Sequence record: MN850621.1
Origin: Escherichia phage dhabil
Length of the DNA: 64,000 bases
Direction: 5' to 3' (one strand)
The translations under genes were made by a program, and so were the position numbers. The notes beneath the pieces were generated by a model, which was not told the DNA's origin, did no database searches, and saw only the letters and a list, made by a program, of their open reading frames with translations. Below are positions 18,839-31,946 of the stretch, piece by piece. Every line of letters starts with the position of its first letter. Position 1 is the stretch's first letter.

Positions 18839-19835
18839 TTCAACAGTAATATATCGTTCTATTGTTACTTCTAAATTTAGAACGGAAAAGATGTACAACT
18901 TTTACAGAACAATCGGTGATGGTGAAGACCAGAACACGATGTATGTATCTTTCGGGAGAGCCCAACCATGGGCTCCTAACGAAAACGACCCAGGCTTTGC
19001 TCCACCGTATCCTGTAGATGATTCTGAGGGCGTAGAGGACGTCTGGACAAACATGATGGGTTGTGTTAAGGTTTATAAGAGTATGTTGGATTGTGTTGTT
19101 CCTCGCAAAGACTGGGGCGATACCTCTTATCCTAATCCTTTCACATTCCAGATTGGTGAAATTGTAGTGGCGAATAGCCAGCCGCAAAACCGTACTGATG
19201 TTGGTGCAGGTTGGATGGTTTATCGTTGTGTGGATGTTCCTGAATCCGGAGCATGCTCTATTTTATCTCTTGATAATAAAACCGAGTGTATTAAACTTGG
19301 CGGTAAATGGACCGCAAACGTCCCTTCAGTTAAAGCTCCAGCAGGACAAGGCGATACCGAAGGTATGGTTGATACCGGCGATGGGTATCTTTGGGAATAT
19401 CTTTATGAGATTCCACCTGATGTAAGTATCAACCGTTGTACCAATGAATATATTGTAGTTCCATGGCCGGAAGAAATTGCTGAAGACCCTGAACGTTGGG
19501 GATACGAGAATAACCTCACTTGGCAACAAGACGATTACGGATTGATTTATCGTATTAAAGGCAATACTATTCGTTTTAAAGCATTCTTAGATTCAGTTTA
19601 TTTCCCTGAATTTAGTTTGCCAGGGAATAAAGGATTTAGACAACTTTCAATAATTTCCAACCCATTGGAAGCTAAAGCCCACCCATCAGACCCGATCATT
19701 AAAGCCGAAAAAGAGTACTATGACGTTATAGACCTCTCCCGCCACTCCGGTGAAATGATTTATATGGAAAACCGTCCTCCGGTTATTCGTTCCATGGACC
19801 AAACCGAAGAAATTAACATTATCTTCGAATTCTAA
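18828..19835 (+). CDS. 8: gp8 baseplate wedge protein
   Basis: Synteny and size (335 aa). Confidence 0.8.
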   Translation: MMINSTVIYRSIVTSKFRTEKMYNFYRTIGDGEDQNTMYVSFGRAQPWAPNENDPGFAPPYPVDDSEGVEDVWTNMMGCVKVYKSMLDCVVPRKDWGDTSYPNPFTFQIGEIVVANSQPQNRTDVGAGWMVYRCVDVPESGACSILSLDNKTECIKLGGKWTANVPSVKAPAGQGDTEGMVDTGDGYLWEYLYEIPPDVSINRCTNEYIVVPWPEEIAEDPERWGYENNLTWQQDDYGLIYRIKGNTIRFKAFLDSVYFPEFSLPGNKGFRQLSIISNPLEAKAHPSDPIIKAEKEYYDVIDLSRHSGEMIYMENRPPVIRSMDQTEEINIIFEF

Positions 19836-19837
19836 TA

Positions 19838-19858
19838 AAGGGCCGCAAGGCCCTTTCG
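19838..19858 (+). terminator. hairpin GGGCC-GCAA-GGCCC + TTTC after gene 8
   Basis: Perfect 5-bp GC stem with tetraloop; T-tract is weak. Confidence 0.4.
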
Positions 19859-19862
19859 GGGG

Positions 19863-19870
19863 TATAAATA
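19863..19870 (+). promoter_or_regulatory. T4-type late promoter TATAAATA
   Basis: Exact TATAAATA 27 nt upstream of the gene 9 ATG. Confidence 0.6.
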
Positions 19871-19896
19871 CATTATATCAATAATGAGGCATACCT

Positions 19897-20757
19897 ATGA
19901 TTAAGCAAACTGGTAAATTACTAATTGACGTTGGTGAAATTGGTAATGCTAGCACCGGCGACATTCTTTATGACGGTGGTGTTAAACTAAACACCGACTT
20001 AAACAACATCTATAATACCTTTGGTGACCAACGTAAAACCGCTCTTACAGGCGAAACTACCGGTCAGAAATTACATGCCACTGGATACTATCAAAAATTT
20101 GGCGATACCGACCAAGCAAGTTCTGTTGACCTTGGTTCTTTGGTTGATATTGATGCTTCTACAGGTTCTATAGTGTTAACCACGGTAAAAGGAGCCGTAG
20201 GTGAAGGTATTGAAATAATTAACTCTAATGGAAGTATTTCAGCTACCAACTATCTTGAAATCCGTATATTGGATTCGTTTTTAAACCATCCTACATCAAC
20301 CCTAAGAATAGTAACTCCTTATACTAGAGTTCTATTATGGTGTGTAAGTGACATCAACGGTATAGCTGTATGGGATTATTCTATTGAGAGCATGTTTGGT
20401 GATAAACGAGTGCCGTTAAATAGAACATATAACATTTCTAACGTACCTAGAGATATACCGGTGGTTTTTTCAGGTCAATATTCTTTGGTCAAGCTTTTAG
20501 TTACCGCAGTAAATGCTAATGAAACCATTTATAAAGCTTCTGAATATCTTTTGTTTATGGATAACCAAGCTAAAAAAATATATTCCACCGAATATGCTGT
20601 TATCCGTCGTGGACAGACCACTGATGAAGACGAAATTTACAAACTCGATTTTAAATTTGATACCTCTAACTATATAGTGGCTACGGCATCATCTGAAACC
20701 CCTATGAGATTAGCAATTAAAGTCGTAGATACCCAAACTATTGGAGTTCCATTATAA
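19897..20757 (+). CDS. 9: gp9 baseplate protein (long tail fibre socket)
   Basis: Synteny and size (286 aa). Confidence 0.8.
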   Translation: MIKQTGKLLIDVGEIGNASTGDILYDGGVKLNTDLNNIYNTFGDQRKTALTGETTGQKLHATGYYQKFGDTDQASSVDLGSLVDIDASTGSIVLTTVKGAVGEGIEIINSNGSISATNYLEIRILDSFLNHPTSTLRIVTPYTRVLLWCVSDINGIAVWDYSIESMFGDKRVPLNRTYNISNVPRDIPVVFSGQYSLVKLLVTAVNANETIYKASEYLLFMDNQAKKIYSTEYAVIRRGQTTDEDEIYKLDFKFDTSNYIVATASSETPMRLAIKVVDTQTIGVPL

Positions 20758-22568
20758 TGAAACAAGAATTAAAAATAGGCCAGGCCGTTGATGATGGCTC
20801 CGGAGATTACCTGCGCGCAGGTGGTCTAAAAATCAATAATAACTTTAACGAGTTATACTATCAATTAGGTGATGGAGATAATCCTCACGCTGCTGGTGCC
20901 TGGAAACAATATTCTACTGCAGATGGTCCTTTACTTAATGCTGTTATGGGTCATAGCTATACGTTGAATACCCAGGGTGGAAGGATTAACGTTCAACTTC
21001 CTAAAGGTACCCCTTCAGAATATAACTTTGTAATTCGTTTGCGTGACGTTTATTCTTCTTGGCAAGCTAACCCTGTAACAATTATACCTGCTCCAGGTGA
21101 TACGATTAAAGGCTCTGCTGTACAGGTTGAAATAGCCCGTAACTTTGCTGACCTTGAACTTGTCTATTGTGCTCCGGGTCGCTGGGAATATGTTGAGAAC
21201 AAGCAAGTTAACCGTATTCCAAATAACGACCTCGCTACTGTAGCAACCAAACAGTTTATTGCTACTGAAGGCCAAACCGATTTCTTGGATATTTTCCCAG
21301 GATTAACCTATAATATTTCTAGTCTTAGCGTAATTCAACGTGGTAACACCTTGTTTTATGGTGTAGATGATATATTTGATGAAGCCACTTCAGAGTTCGG
21401 TAGCCCAGGCGCTAACCCAGGCGAATTGGTTGAATTGAACGGTAAAGATATCCGTTTGAAATATCCATGTGAAGCCGGTGATACAGTAATCATTAAATCC
21501 TATAACGATGGATTGGCCCAATGGCGTAGTTCTTATAATCGTCGTGATATTACTATTTTAGATAAAACCCTTACCCATGAAACCACAGTTAACGGTTCTA
21601 AAGTAGTATTAGACCTTTCTACCATACAGACTATTACCGCGGTGGAATTAAATGTTTCTCCTACAAGCCCTATTAACCCTAATGCTTGCCAGGTAATGCT
21701 TAACAGTACTTTATTGCACCAAGCTGGTACTGCAGGGTTCCCTGCTTTCTATTGTGAAGGTGTTGATACTGATGATGCAGCTCTTTGTGCTGATTCGGGT
21801 GGTGTATGGACACAATCTAAATCTGATTATATTTTGAATATTGCAGATGACGATAAAATCGAATCATTCGAATTTGGACGTAAATTAGAACATGGTGATA
21901 TCCTTACCGTAATTTGGTATAATAATGATATTGGTACTACCATGACTATTGATGAGATTTTGGATACTACAAATGATATCTACATTTCTCAAGGTCCTTC
22001 GGTGTCTTTAACCGGCCAGGTTCGTATTACTGATGTGGATAATCCATTTTCTCCTAACTTTGAACCTGTTGCAGAATCCGAAGTTTCTATTAATACGGCT
22101 GCAGTGATGTTCGATTTGTTCCATCCAATAGGGACAATTTACGAGAACACGGTGAACCCTAATAACCCTGCAACTTATATGGGTATGGGTAGTTGGAAAC
22201 GTTTATCTGATAGTTTCCTTGTAGGTTGGTCGCCGGATGCAGATTCATTGTTCAATGCGAACAATAACGATTTGGATTCTTCTGGTATTCCTAAATCTAC
22301 CGCAGGTGGAACAGGTGGTTCTCATAATATTTCGATTAAATATGAAAATGTTCCTGAACTTAATACAGATGACAAGGTATTAGTTGCTGATGATAATGGC
22401 CCTATTGTTATCGGTGGATGTTTGGTAGACCCGGATGCACAAGGTCCTGCTTATACCAAATATCGTGAAGATAAAGCTACAATAAACAAGCAGCAATCTA
22501 CAACGCCTATTCCAATTAATACATTGCCTCCATATACAACCGTTTATCGCTGGGTGAGGATTGCGTAA
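20757..22568 (+). CDS. 10: gp10 baseplate wedge protein
   Basis: Synteny and size (603 aa). Confidence 0.8.
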   Translation: MKQELKIGQAVDDGSGDYLRAGGLKINNNFNELYYQLGDGDNPHAAGAWKQYSTADGPLLNAVMGHSYTLNTQGGRINVQLPKGTPSEYNFVIRLRDVYSSWQANPVTIIPAPGDTIKGSAVQVEIARNFADLELVYCAPGRWEYVENKQVNRIPNNDLATVATKQFIATEGQTDFLDIFPGLTYNISSLSVIQRGNTLFYGVDDIFDEATSEFGSPGANPGELVELNGKDIRLKYPCEAGDTVIIKSYNDGLAQWRSSYNRRDITILDKTLTHETTVNGSKVVLDLSTIQTITAVELNVSPTSPINPNACQVMLNSTLLHQAGTAGFPAFYCEGVDTDDAALCADSGGVWTQSKSDYILNIADDDKIESFEFGRKLEHGDILTVIWYNNDIGTTMTIDEILDTTNDIYISQGPSVSLTGQVRITDVDNPFSPNFEPVAESEVSINTAAVMFDLFHPIGTIYENTVNPNNPATYMGMGSWKRLSDSFLVGWSPDADSLFNANNNDLDSSGIPKSTAGGTGGSHNISIKYENVPELNTDDKVLVADDNGPIVIGGCLVDPDAQGPAYTKYREDKATINKQQSTTPIPINTLPPYTTVYRWVRIA

Positions 22569-23233
22569 TGACTTTAACAGAAATGAAAAGCGGGTTAAAA
22601 TCCCGCCTTGCCGACTTTTTAGAATTTTCTTTTACAACTAATCAACCTGCCGCAGTGGCAGGTCAACGCCCTATTGGTGGTCCATCGGCAAACCAAACCC
22701 GAAAAGGCGTTTATTACCCTACAGTCCAAAGTGCTATTGATGATATTGCTTTCCGCGCAGAACTTCCTGTTAATGCGGTGGTAACTACTACCGAAAACAG
22801 AGCGCCTGGCTTTATCCAACAATCTGATAAATTAACTTTCTCTGGCTCCATTTCTTCTGGTGGCGAATTAGGCGATACGGTTATAATTAAGGTATTTGGT
22901 TTGCCTGTTGAAGTTATTGTGGGTGATTCTTCGGTTCTGGTTGCTTCTAAAGTTAACGATGTTTTTATAAGCGCTATTGCTAATAGTTATATTTTAGCAG
23001 AAACCTCTATCGACCCTCTGGACCAATCTACTTTAAACATTAAATATAACGACTACCAAAACCATATTTTTGAGCCATTTAAACAGGCTGGATGTACCAT
23101 TTCCCAAACTATAGTCCAAGAGCCTCGTGCAGGTTATGGATACTGGGAATATTTAGGTTCTACTACAGAATCTATGACCGGTGGAACTATAAATGGAACT
23201 ACAACTTTATATCACTATAAGCGAGTAAGTTAA
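22568..23233 (+). CDS. 11: gp11 baseplate wedge / short-fibre attachment protein
   Basis: Synteny and size (221 aa). Confidence 0.8.
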   Translation: MTLTEMKSGLKSRLADFLEFSFTTNQPAAVAGQRPIGGPSANQTRKGVYYPTVQSAIDDIAFRAELPVNAVVTTTENRAPGFIQQSDKLTFSGSISSGGELGDTVIIKVFGLPVEVIVGDSSVLVASKVNDVFISAIANSYILAETSIDPLDQSTLNIKYNDYQNHIFEPFKQAGCTISQTIVQEPRAGYGYWEYLGSTTESMTGGTINGTTTLYHYKRVS

Positions 23234-24765
23234 TGTCTACAAATACACTAAAACATATAAGTGATAAATCGGAATTTAAAACATTCGACCCTACCGGGTC
23301 GAATTTTGACCCTAGTATTACCAACGTCCAAGACGCCTTATCATCCATTTCTGCTATAGGTGTTACAGGTAATATTCCGGCCGCATCCGAAACAGAACAG
23401 GGTATTATTAGATTAGCCACCCAACAAGAAGTTATTGATGGCACTGATACTTTCTCTGCTGTGACCCCGGCTACTTTAAAAGGCCGCTTGGACATTCCTA
23501 CTCAAGCAACTGAAACCTATGTAGGTATCACACGTTATGCTACTAATGATGAGGCCATCGCTGGGACAGAGACCCAGGCTGCAATCGTAGCATCATCTTT
23601 GAAGGCTACTATAGATTATACATTCACCAATCGTTTAGCCACAGAGAACACTACAGGTGTACTCAAGATTTCAACCTTGCCAGCGGCTTTAGCGGGTACA
23701 GATGATACTACGGCTATGACGCCTCTTAAAACCGCACAGGCAATTGGAGCCGCTACATCGGCCTTACCAACTTATGCAAGTGCAACACAAACTACTGAAG
23801 GTATTGTTAGAATCGCGACAAATGCCGAAGTGGCAAATGGCACATTGACTAATGGCGTCGCAATTTCTCCATCAGGGCTTATTTCTTTAACTTCTAATAC
23901 TTCTCGACGTGGACTGGTTCAATTAGCCACTGGAGCTGAAGTTTCGGCCGGAATTGATGCAAATAAAGCTATTACGCCTCAAACCCTTTTGTCAAGAACG
24001 GGTAATACCGGTAGAATAGGCCTTCTTAAAACCACAACTACCGTGGGTTCTGGCGATGGAAGTACAGCATTGGCATATAATGCTAACGTTATTTCTACCA
24101 CCGGTGGTACTATTAATGGTACTTTAAACGTTAATGGTACTTTACGTCGTAATGGGCGTGATGTTGTTACTGTCGACCAATTAAAAGATTCTGTTCCTAT
24201 TGGTACTATCGTTATGTGGGGAGGCCAAATTAACAATATCCCTGCAGGTTGGGCCGTTTGTGATGGTGGTAACTCTGGTGAGCAAGGATTCCGAAACGTA
24301 GTTGGTAGTAAATGGGGCTCAACTGGTGCTCGTCCTGACTTCCGTGGATTATATCCTAGAGGTGCAAACCAAACTAATGACGGTGGATTAAAAGAATGGG
24401 ACGCCAACGTTAGAATTAGAGACGCCAAAGGTAACGACGCCAAAGGCAAACCAAAATTAGGTGTAGGTTGTGGTTCATATGGACACGGTACAGTACAAGC
24501 TCAACAACTTCGGTTCCATAAACATGCAGGTGGTTTTGGTGAACATGATAACGCAGGTGCTTTTGGTAACACTGTTCGTTCCAACTTTGCCGGTACTCGT
24601 AAAGGATTAGACTGGGATAACCGTTCTTACTTTACAAACGAAGGATACGAAATTGACGGTTCCGGTTCACGAGATTCAAGAACTACCCTAAACAGTGAAG
24701 GGTTAATTGGTAACGAAAACCGTCCTTGGACTATGTCCATCCTATTCATTATTAAAGTTGCTTAA
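23233..24765 (+). CDS. 12: gp12 short tail fibre
   Basis: Synteny and size (510 aa); repeated G-(I/V)-x-R-(L/I/Y)-AT-x-x-E blocks in the N-terminal half. Confidence 0.85.
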   Translation: MSTNTLKHISDKSEFKTFDPTGSNFDPSITNVQDALSSISAIGVTGNIPAASETEQGIIRLATQQEVIDGTDTFSAVTPATLKGRLDIPTQATETYVGITRYATNDEAIAGTETQAAIVASSLKATIDYTFTNRLATENTTGVLKISTLPAALAGTDDTTAMTPLKTAQAIGAATSALPTYASATQTTEGIVRIATNAEVANGTLTNGVAISPSGLISLTSNTSRRGLVQLATGAEVSAGIDANKAITPQTLLSRTGNTGRIGLLKTTTTVGSGDGSTALAYNANVISTTGGTINGTLNVNGTLRRNGRDVVTVDQLKDSVPIGTIVMWGGQINNIPAGWAVCDGGNSGEQGFRNVVGSKWGSTGARPDFRGLYPRGANQTNDGGLKEWDANVRIRDAKGNDAKGKPKLGVGCGSYGHGTVQAQQLRFHKHAGGFGEHDNAGAFGNTVRSNFAGTRKGLDWDNRSYFTNEGYEIDGSGSRDSRTTLNSEGLIGNENRPWTMSILFIIKVA

Positions 24766-24774
24766 GGAAATAAA

Positions 24775-26937
24775 ATGATTGACAAACTGAGTATTAAAGA
24801 ACTTCCGTTTGTCGATGGTGTACCTGATGCATCCCAAGAGCGTATCCGTTGGATACGCAATGGCGAATGTATTGAAGGAGCCACGACTAAATACGGTCAC
24901 GACGGTAATTTGAATGCCCCTGCTTTAGGAGTACAAACTAACGTAGTTAGATTAGAAGAAAACAGCATAGCTTCTAAAGACAAAATTAACGAGCTTGTGG
25001 ATAACGTTAATTTGATTAATGAAGCCCTTGATATTTCTACTGATACGGCTGTTATTCAGCAAATTGAAAAGAACCGTGTCGATATATTGGCTGTAGATGA
25101 AAAGGCTTCCGAGACTAAAAAGGACTTAGGCGACTTAACAGTTAATTTTAATTTTTTAGAAGAAGATGTCGGTTATTATGACCCGTCTTTAGATGGCCCG
25201 TATCTCACTGTTAGAGAAAATATAAATCTTCTTAAATCAGAAATTGGCCATTATGCAAACCAAGATATAAACAGCCAGCCGCTTCCTCCCGGTGAAACTT
25301 CTGAAGCCACCGGTATGAAACGTCGTATTATGGATAATACCAGTGCTATTGTCGACCATTCGCAACGTATAGATACCCTTGAAAAGAATTATGAAGATTC
25401 TGATGTAGGTCAACTTGGGCTTAAACTTAACGAAATTCGTGAAGAACTTGGTCCACATATTGATACGGTAGGTAAACAACCTGCTTATACTAGAATTTCA
25501 GCTCTCGAAACGGCAGCCGTAAACTTTAATGAATCGATAGATTCTATCAAAACCAGTATAGGCTTTAATAAGGGCTCTATTGATACCAGAGTAACTACAT
25601 TAGAAACTAAAACGTCTACTTTAGAAAACACTGTTAATAATGGATTGGTCCCTAGGGTTACTGCAGTAGAAACTGCCATCGGTACTGCCGATACCCCTAC
25701 GTCTATTAACGGCAGATTGGGCGGCTTGCGTACTGATGTTAATGAGTTAAAAACCATAGTTGGTGCTAGTTCATCTGAAGGGCTTCGTTTCCAGGTTTCT
25801 GATATAGACCGTAAAATCGGTGCGGATGTGAGTCCGGCAGCAGGAACAATCAATAAACGTTTGAACGACCTTACAACTCAAGGCAATACTTCAGCCTCTA
25901 CTATTCAGGATTTGCAGGCCGAAATTGGTAATAACCAAACAGGCATCAAAGGTTCTATTCTTAAAATCACCAACCAAATTGAAGGAACCAACCCTAACGG
26001 TAGTACCGTAGAAGAACGAGGATTAATAAACTCGGTTAAAGGCCTTGAAGCTCAGATGCCTACTAAATTGGGTGAAGCACCTACTGATGGTAAATTGTAT
26101 GGACGTAAGGATTCGGCATGGACGGAAATCCTTGATGGTACTACAGAAATCGATGCAGTAAAAGCTTCTTTATTGGTTACTGATGGTAAGGTATCAGCCT
26201 TAACGGCTAGAGTCGATACTAATGACGCCTCCATTTCTTCTCTTGATACCAGAACTGGTGCTTTAAACACTTCAGTAGGAGAAATTAAAGCCGATGTTGT
26301 TTTGTTAAAATCCAAAGACACTGAGCAAGATAATCGTATTACTGCTTTGGAAGAAAGTGACGTAACTATTAATGGCAAAATAACCGCATTGGAAACCAAG
26401 ACGGATACAACCGATTCTGATGTTACGGCTTTGGCTTTAGATGTGAGTTCTATAGAATCACAATTAACCCCTATTAAAGCCGATATAACCAAGAATAAAG
26501 GTGATATCGTTACTTTAACCGGGCGAGTAGCAGCTAATGAAGGCGAAATTACTGATATTAAATTAGATACCGCTAAAATAGCTCCTTTAACAACTCGTGT
26601 AACAACAGCTGAAGGTAAAATAACTACACTTCAGTCCGATTTAGCCGCAGTTAAGGTTGAATCGGATAAAGTAGAAGGAATTGATACTCGATTAGGTACA
26701 TCTGAAGGTAAAATAACTACCCTTGAAACAGGTTTGGCTGCCGTTAAAGTTGAATCTGATAAAGTTGCCGATTTAGGAACCCGTTTAACCGCCGCCGAAG
26801 GTAAAATTACAGCCTTAGAAACAGAATTAGCTAAACGTCCGCCGGTGGCTCCTGCTGCAGACGGACTCCCGTACGTTCTGGTTGATAACGCATGGGTATT
26901 ATTGTCTGATTTTGTGACTTTAAACTCAGCACCATAA
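24775..26937 (+). CDS. wac: fibritin (whisker), extended 720-aa form with C-terminal foldon-like segment
   Basis: Long heptad coiled-coil; C-terminus DGLPYVLVDNAWVLLSDFV resembles the T4 foldon; position between 12 and 13. Confidence 0.85.
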   Translation: MIDKLSIKELPFVDGVPDASQERIRWIRNGECIEGATTKYGHDGNLNAPALGVQTNVVRLEENSIASKDKINELVDNVNLINEALDISTDTAVIQQIEKNRVDILAVDEKASETKKDLGDLTVNFNFLEEDVGYYDPSLDGPYLTVRENINLLKSEIGHYANQDINSQPLPPGETSEATGMKRRIMDNTSAIVDHSQRIDTLEKNYEDSDVGQLGLKLNEIREELGPHIDTVGKQPAYTRISALETAAVNFNESIDSIKTSIGFNKGSIDTRVTTLETKTSTLENTVNNGLVPRVTAVETAIGTADTPTSINGRLGGLRTDVNELKTIVGASSSEGLRFQVSDIDRKIGADVSPAAGTINKRLNDLTTQGNTSASTIQDLQAEIGNNQTGIKGSILKITNQIEGTNPNGSTVEERGLINSVKGLEAQMPTKLGEAPTDGKLYGRKDSAWTEILDGTTEIDAVKASLLVTDGKVSALTARVDTNDASISSLDTRTGALNTSVGEIKADVVLLKSKDTEQDNRITALEESDVTINGKITALETKTDTTDSDVTALALDVSSIESQLTPIKADITKNKGDIVTLTGRVAANEGEITDIKLDTAKIAPLTTRVTTAEGKITTLQSDLAAVKVESDKVEGIDTRLGTSEGKITTLETGLAAVKVESDKVADLGTRLTAAEGKITALETELAKRPPVAPAADGLPYVLVDNAWVLLSDFVTLNSAP
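26590..26850 (+). repeat. about 2.5 tandem copies of a 93-bp (31-aa) repeat inside wac
   Basis: GAAGGTAAAAT recurs at 26611, 26704 and 26797; protein repeat ...EGKITTLE..LAAVKVESDKV...TRL.... Confidence 0.7.
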
Positions 26938-26940
26938 TAA

Positions 26941-26962
26941 AAAGGGCTTCGGCCCTTTTTTG
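26941..26962 (+). terminator. intrinsic terminator GGGC-TTCG-GCCC + T6 after wac
   Basis: AAAGGGCTTCGGCCCTTTTTTG. Confidence 0.6.
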
Positions 26963-26963
26963 C

Positions 26964-26971
26964 TATAAATA
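26964..26971 (+). promoter_or_regulatory. T4-type late promoter TATAAATA
   Basis: Exact TATAAATA 22 nt upstream of the gene 13 ATG. Confidence 0.6.
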
Positions 26972-26992
26972 CGGTTATTAGAGGAATAAAAT

Positions 26993-27925
26993 ATGGCAAG
27001 CGAATCATTCAACCCTAAGCAACTCAAGGACGCTATTCTGCGCCGCCTGGGTGCACCGATTACAAATATTGAAGTAACTACAGACCAAGTATATGATTGC
27101 ATCCAGCGTGCTCTAGAGCTCTACGGTGAATACCATTATAACGGGTATAACAAAGGATATCAGGCTTTTTATATCGGCCACGACGATGAAGAAAAATTCC
27201 GTAATGGTGTATTCGACCTTAAAGGACGTAATATATTTGCAGTAACACAAATTTTGAGAACTAACGTTGGTTCTTTAACATCTATGGATGGGCAAGCAAC
27301 TTATCCCTGGTTTACAGATTTTGTATTAGGCTTAGCTGGTATTAATGGTGGGCTTGGGTCTTCATGTAACAGTTTCGGACCTAATGCCTTCGGCGCCGAC
27401 CTTGGTTATTTTACGCAGCTAATGCAATATCGTTCTATGATGCAGGACCTTTTGGTTCCACTACCAGATTATTGGTATAACGATGCCACTGAACAATTGA
27501 AGGTAATGGGTAACTTTGTTAAAGGCGATTTTATTGTAATCGAAGTTTATACTCGTTCTTTTAATGGGGTTGATTCTATGGTTGGAAATACCGTAGGCTA
27601 TGGTTATGCTTCGGCCTGTGGTGAAAACGAATGGAGCCCAGGTGCTATTTGGGATAACCCATCTCGTCGTATTTCCGGTATGCGCGTAGGCGAGGACCTC
27701 GGCCTTCAGGACGGTGCATATAATAACCGTTGGGTTAAAGATTATGCCACTGCATTGGTTAAAGAAGTCAATGGCAATATTCTAGCCAAACACCAAGGCA
27801 TGCAACTTGCAGGTGGAACCACTGTAGATGGTATTCGATTGATTGAAGAGGCTCGTTTAGAAAAAGAACGTCTTCGTGAAGAATTAGATTTGCTCGACCC
27901 ACCAACACCTATTTTAATTGGATAA
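26993..27925 (+). CDS. 13: gp13 neck protein
   Basis: Synteny and size (310 aa). Confidence 0.8.
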   Translation: MASESFNPKQLKDAILRRLGAPITNIEVTTDQVYDCIQRALELYGEYHYNGYNKGYQAFYIGHDDEEKFRNGVFDLKGRNIFAVTQILRTNVGSLTSMDGQATYPWFTDFVLGLAGINGGLGSSCNSFGPNAFGADLGYFTQLMQYRSMMQDLLVPLPDYWYNDATEQLKVMGNFVKGDFIVIEVYTRSFNGVDSMVGNTVGYGYASACGENEWSPGAIWDNPSRRISGMRVGEDLGLQDGAYNNRWVKDYATALVKEVNGNILAKHQGMQLAGGTTVDGIRLIEEARLEKERLREELDLLDPPTPILIG

Positions 27926-27927
27926 TT

Positions 27928-28701
27928 ATGGCTACTTTCGATTCGAGTTTATTCGCTAAGCTAGAAGATAATACTGGCTATGCTAACACGAACGAAACTG
28001 AAATAATGAACCCATTCGTCAACTTTTATCGCCATGAGAACACCCAAACATTGGCTGATGCTTTAGTTGCTGAGTCTATTCAAATGCGTGGTATCGAGCT
28101 TTATTATATACCACGTGAATATGTTAAACCAGACCAGCTATTTGGCGAAGACCTTCAGAACAAATTTACTAAAGCCTGGAAGTTTGCAGGTTATTTAGAT
28201 TCCTTTGAAGGTTATTCCGGTGACAATACTTATTTCAGTAAGTTCGGTATGATGGTTAATGATGAAGTAACAATCACAATTAACCCTAACCTTTTTAAAC
28301 ATCAATGCAATGGTACTGAACCTGTTTCAGGTGACTTGATTTATTTCCCTATGGACAACAGTCTATTTGAAATTAATTGGGTTCAACCTTACGACCCGTT
28401 CTATCAAGTTGGTACAAACGTCCAGCGTCGTATTACTGCTACCAAGTTCATTTATAATGGTGAAGAACTTCGTCCTGAATTACAGAGAAATGAAGGTATT
28501 AATATTCCTGAATTCAGTGAGCTTGATTTAATGCCTGTTAAAAATATCGACGGGTTGGCTGATATCTCTGATATCCAATATGAAGAGGTTAATGAGATTA
28601 ATGCTGAAGCAGCGGAATTCGTACATCCTTATGTGGTGATTAATGGTAGAGGAGAAGATGCTCCTCCTACAGCATTTGATGATGCTTTTTTAGATGATTA
28701 A
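27928..28701 (+). CDS. 14: gp14 neck protein
   Basis: Synteny and size (257 aa). Confidence 0.8.
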   Translation: MATFDSSLFAKLEDNTGYANTNETEIMNPFVNFYRHENTQTLADALVAESIQMRGIELYYIPREYVKPDQLFGEDLQNKFTKAWKFAGYLDSFEGYSGDNTYFSKFGMMVNDEVTITINPNLFKHQCNGTEPVSGDLIYFPMDNSLFEINWVQPYDPFYQVGTNVQRRITATKFIYNGEELRPELQRNEGINIPEFSELDLMPVKNIDGLADISDIQYEEVNEINAEAAEFVHPYVVINGRGEDAPPTAFDDAFLDD

Positions 28702-28708
28702 ATAATAC

Positions 28709-28730
28709 ATGGCGCATAGTGCGCCATTTT
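28709..28730 (+). terminator. hairpin ATGGCGCA-TAGT-GCGCCAT + TTT after gene 14
   Basis: 8-bp inverted repeat followed by TTTTAGG; overlaps the gene 15 RBS region. Confidence 0.35.
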
Positions 28731-28737
28731 AGGAGGT

Positions 28738-29603
28738 TTGATGTTTGGACATTGGTATAATAGTTCGCTACGTCGCTATATTGTTTTGATGGGTGATTTA
28801 TTTTCCCATGTTCAAGTAGCACGTCAAAGAGAAGATACAGGGCTTAAATTTATTAAGGTTCCTATTACGTATGCTTCTAAAGAAAGATTTATGGCTAATT
28901 TAGGTAAGTGGACCGCAGTTCAAAATATCCCAAATCCTAATATGTCCCCAAAAGAAAGGGCTGAACAAAAAGCTAAAGTGGAAACTGTTCTTCCACGTAT
29001 GAACCTCCAAATGGTTGACATGCTTTATAACTCACAATACAAAACGGCTCTTCAAAATAGAACACAAATTCAATTTGAGAATGGAGACCCTCGGAAACGA
29101 GTCAGCCAATATTCTCCTACTCCAGTAAAAATGATTTTTGAACTGGGTATTTACACTAGAACTCAAGATGATATGTTCCAGATTGTGGAACAAATTATGC
29201 CGTATTTCCAACCTCACTTTAATACAACAATTACCGAACTCTATACAAACGAAATTAAATTTGACCGTGATATTCGTATTGTGTTCCAATCTATAGCAAT
29301 GGACGAACAATTAGAAGGTGATACCACTTCACGTCGTCGCTTAGAATGGTCTATGATGTTTGAGGTTAACGGATGGCTATATCCTCCTGTTAAAGAAATG
29401 GAAGGCGAAATCAAAACCATTTATCTTGATTTCTTTGCCAACTCTAAAGAACTCGCTCCTGAAGGTAATTTTGAATCGGTTGATAGCGAAGTAGTTCCTA
29501 GAGGCGTAGAAGAAAAAGAATGGGATGGTAAGTCCATTCAAACGTATTCACAAGATATTCCGGTGCCTGTTGAACCAGAGCCTCCAGCACCAAGGAGAAA
29601 CCC

Positions 29604-29607
<4 letters not shown>
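28738..29607 (+). CDS. 15: gp15 tail sheath stabiliser / tail completion protein
   Basis: Synteny and size (289 aa). Confidence 0.8.
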
Positions 29608-31917
<2,310 letters not shown>

Positions 31918-31946
31918 ACAATAAAGCATAACCAAGAGGATTCAAA

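Noticed and set aside
23979-24449. 156-aa Pro-rich minus-strand ORF inside short tail fibre gene 12
   Set aside because: Antisense artefact of the Gly/Thr/Ala-rich fibre coding sequence.
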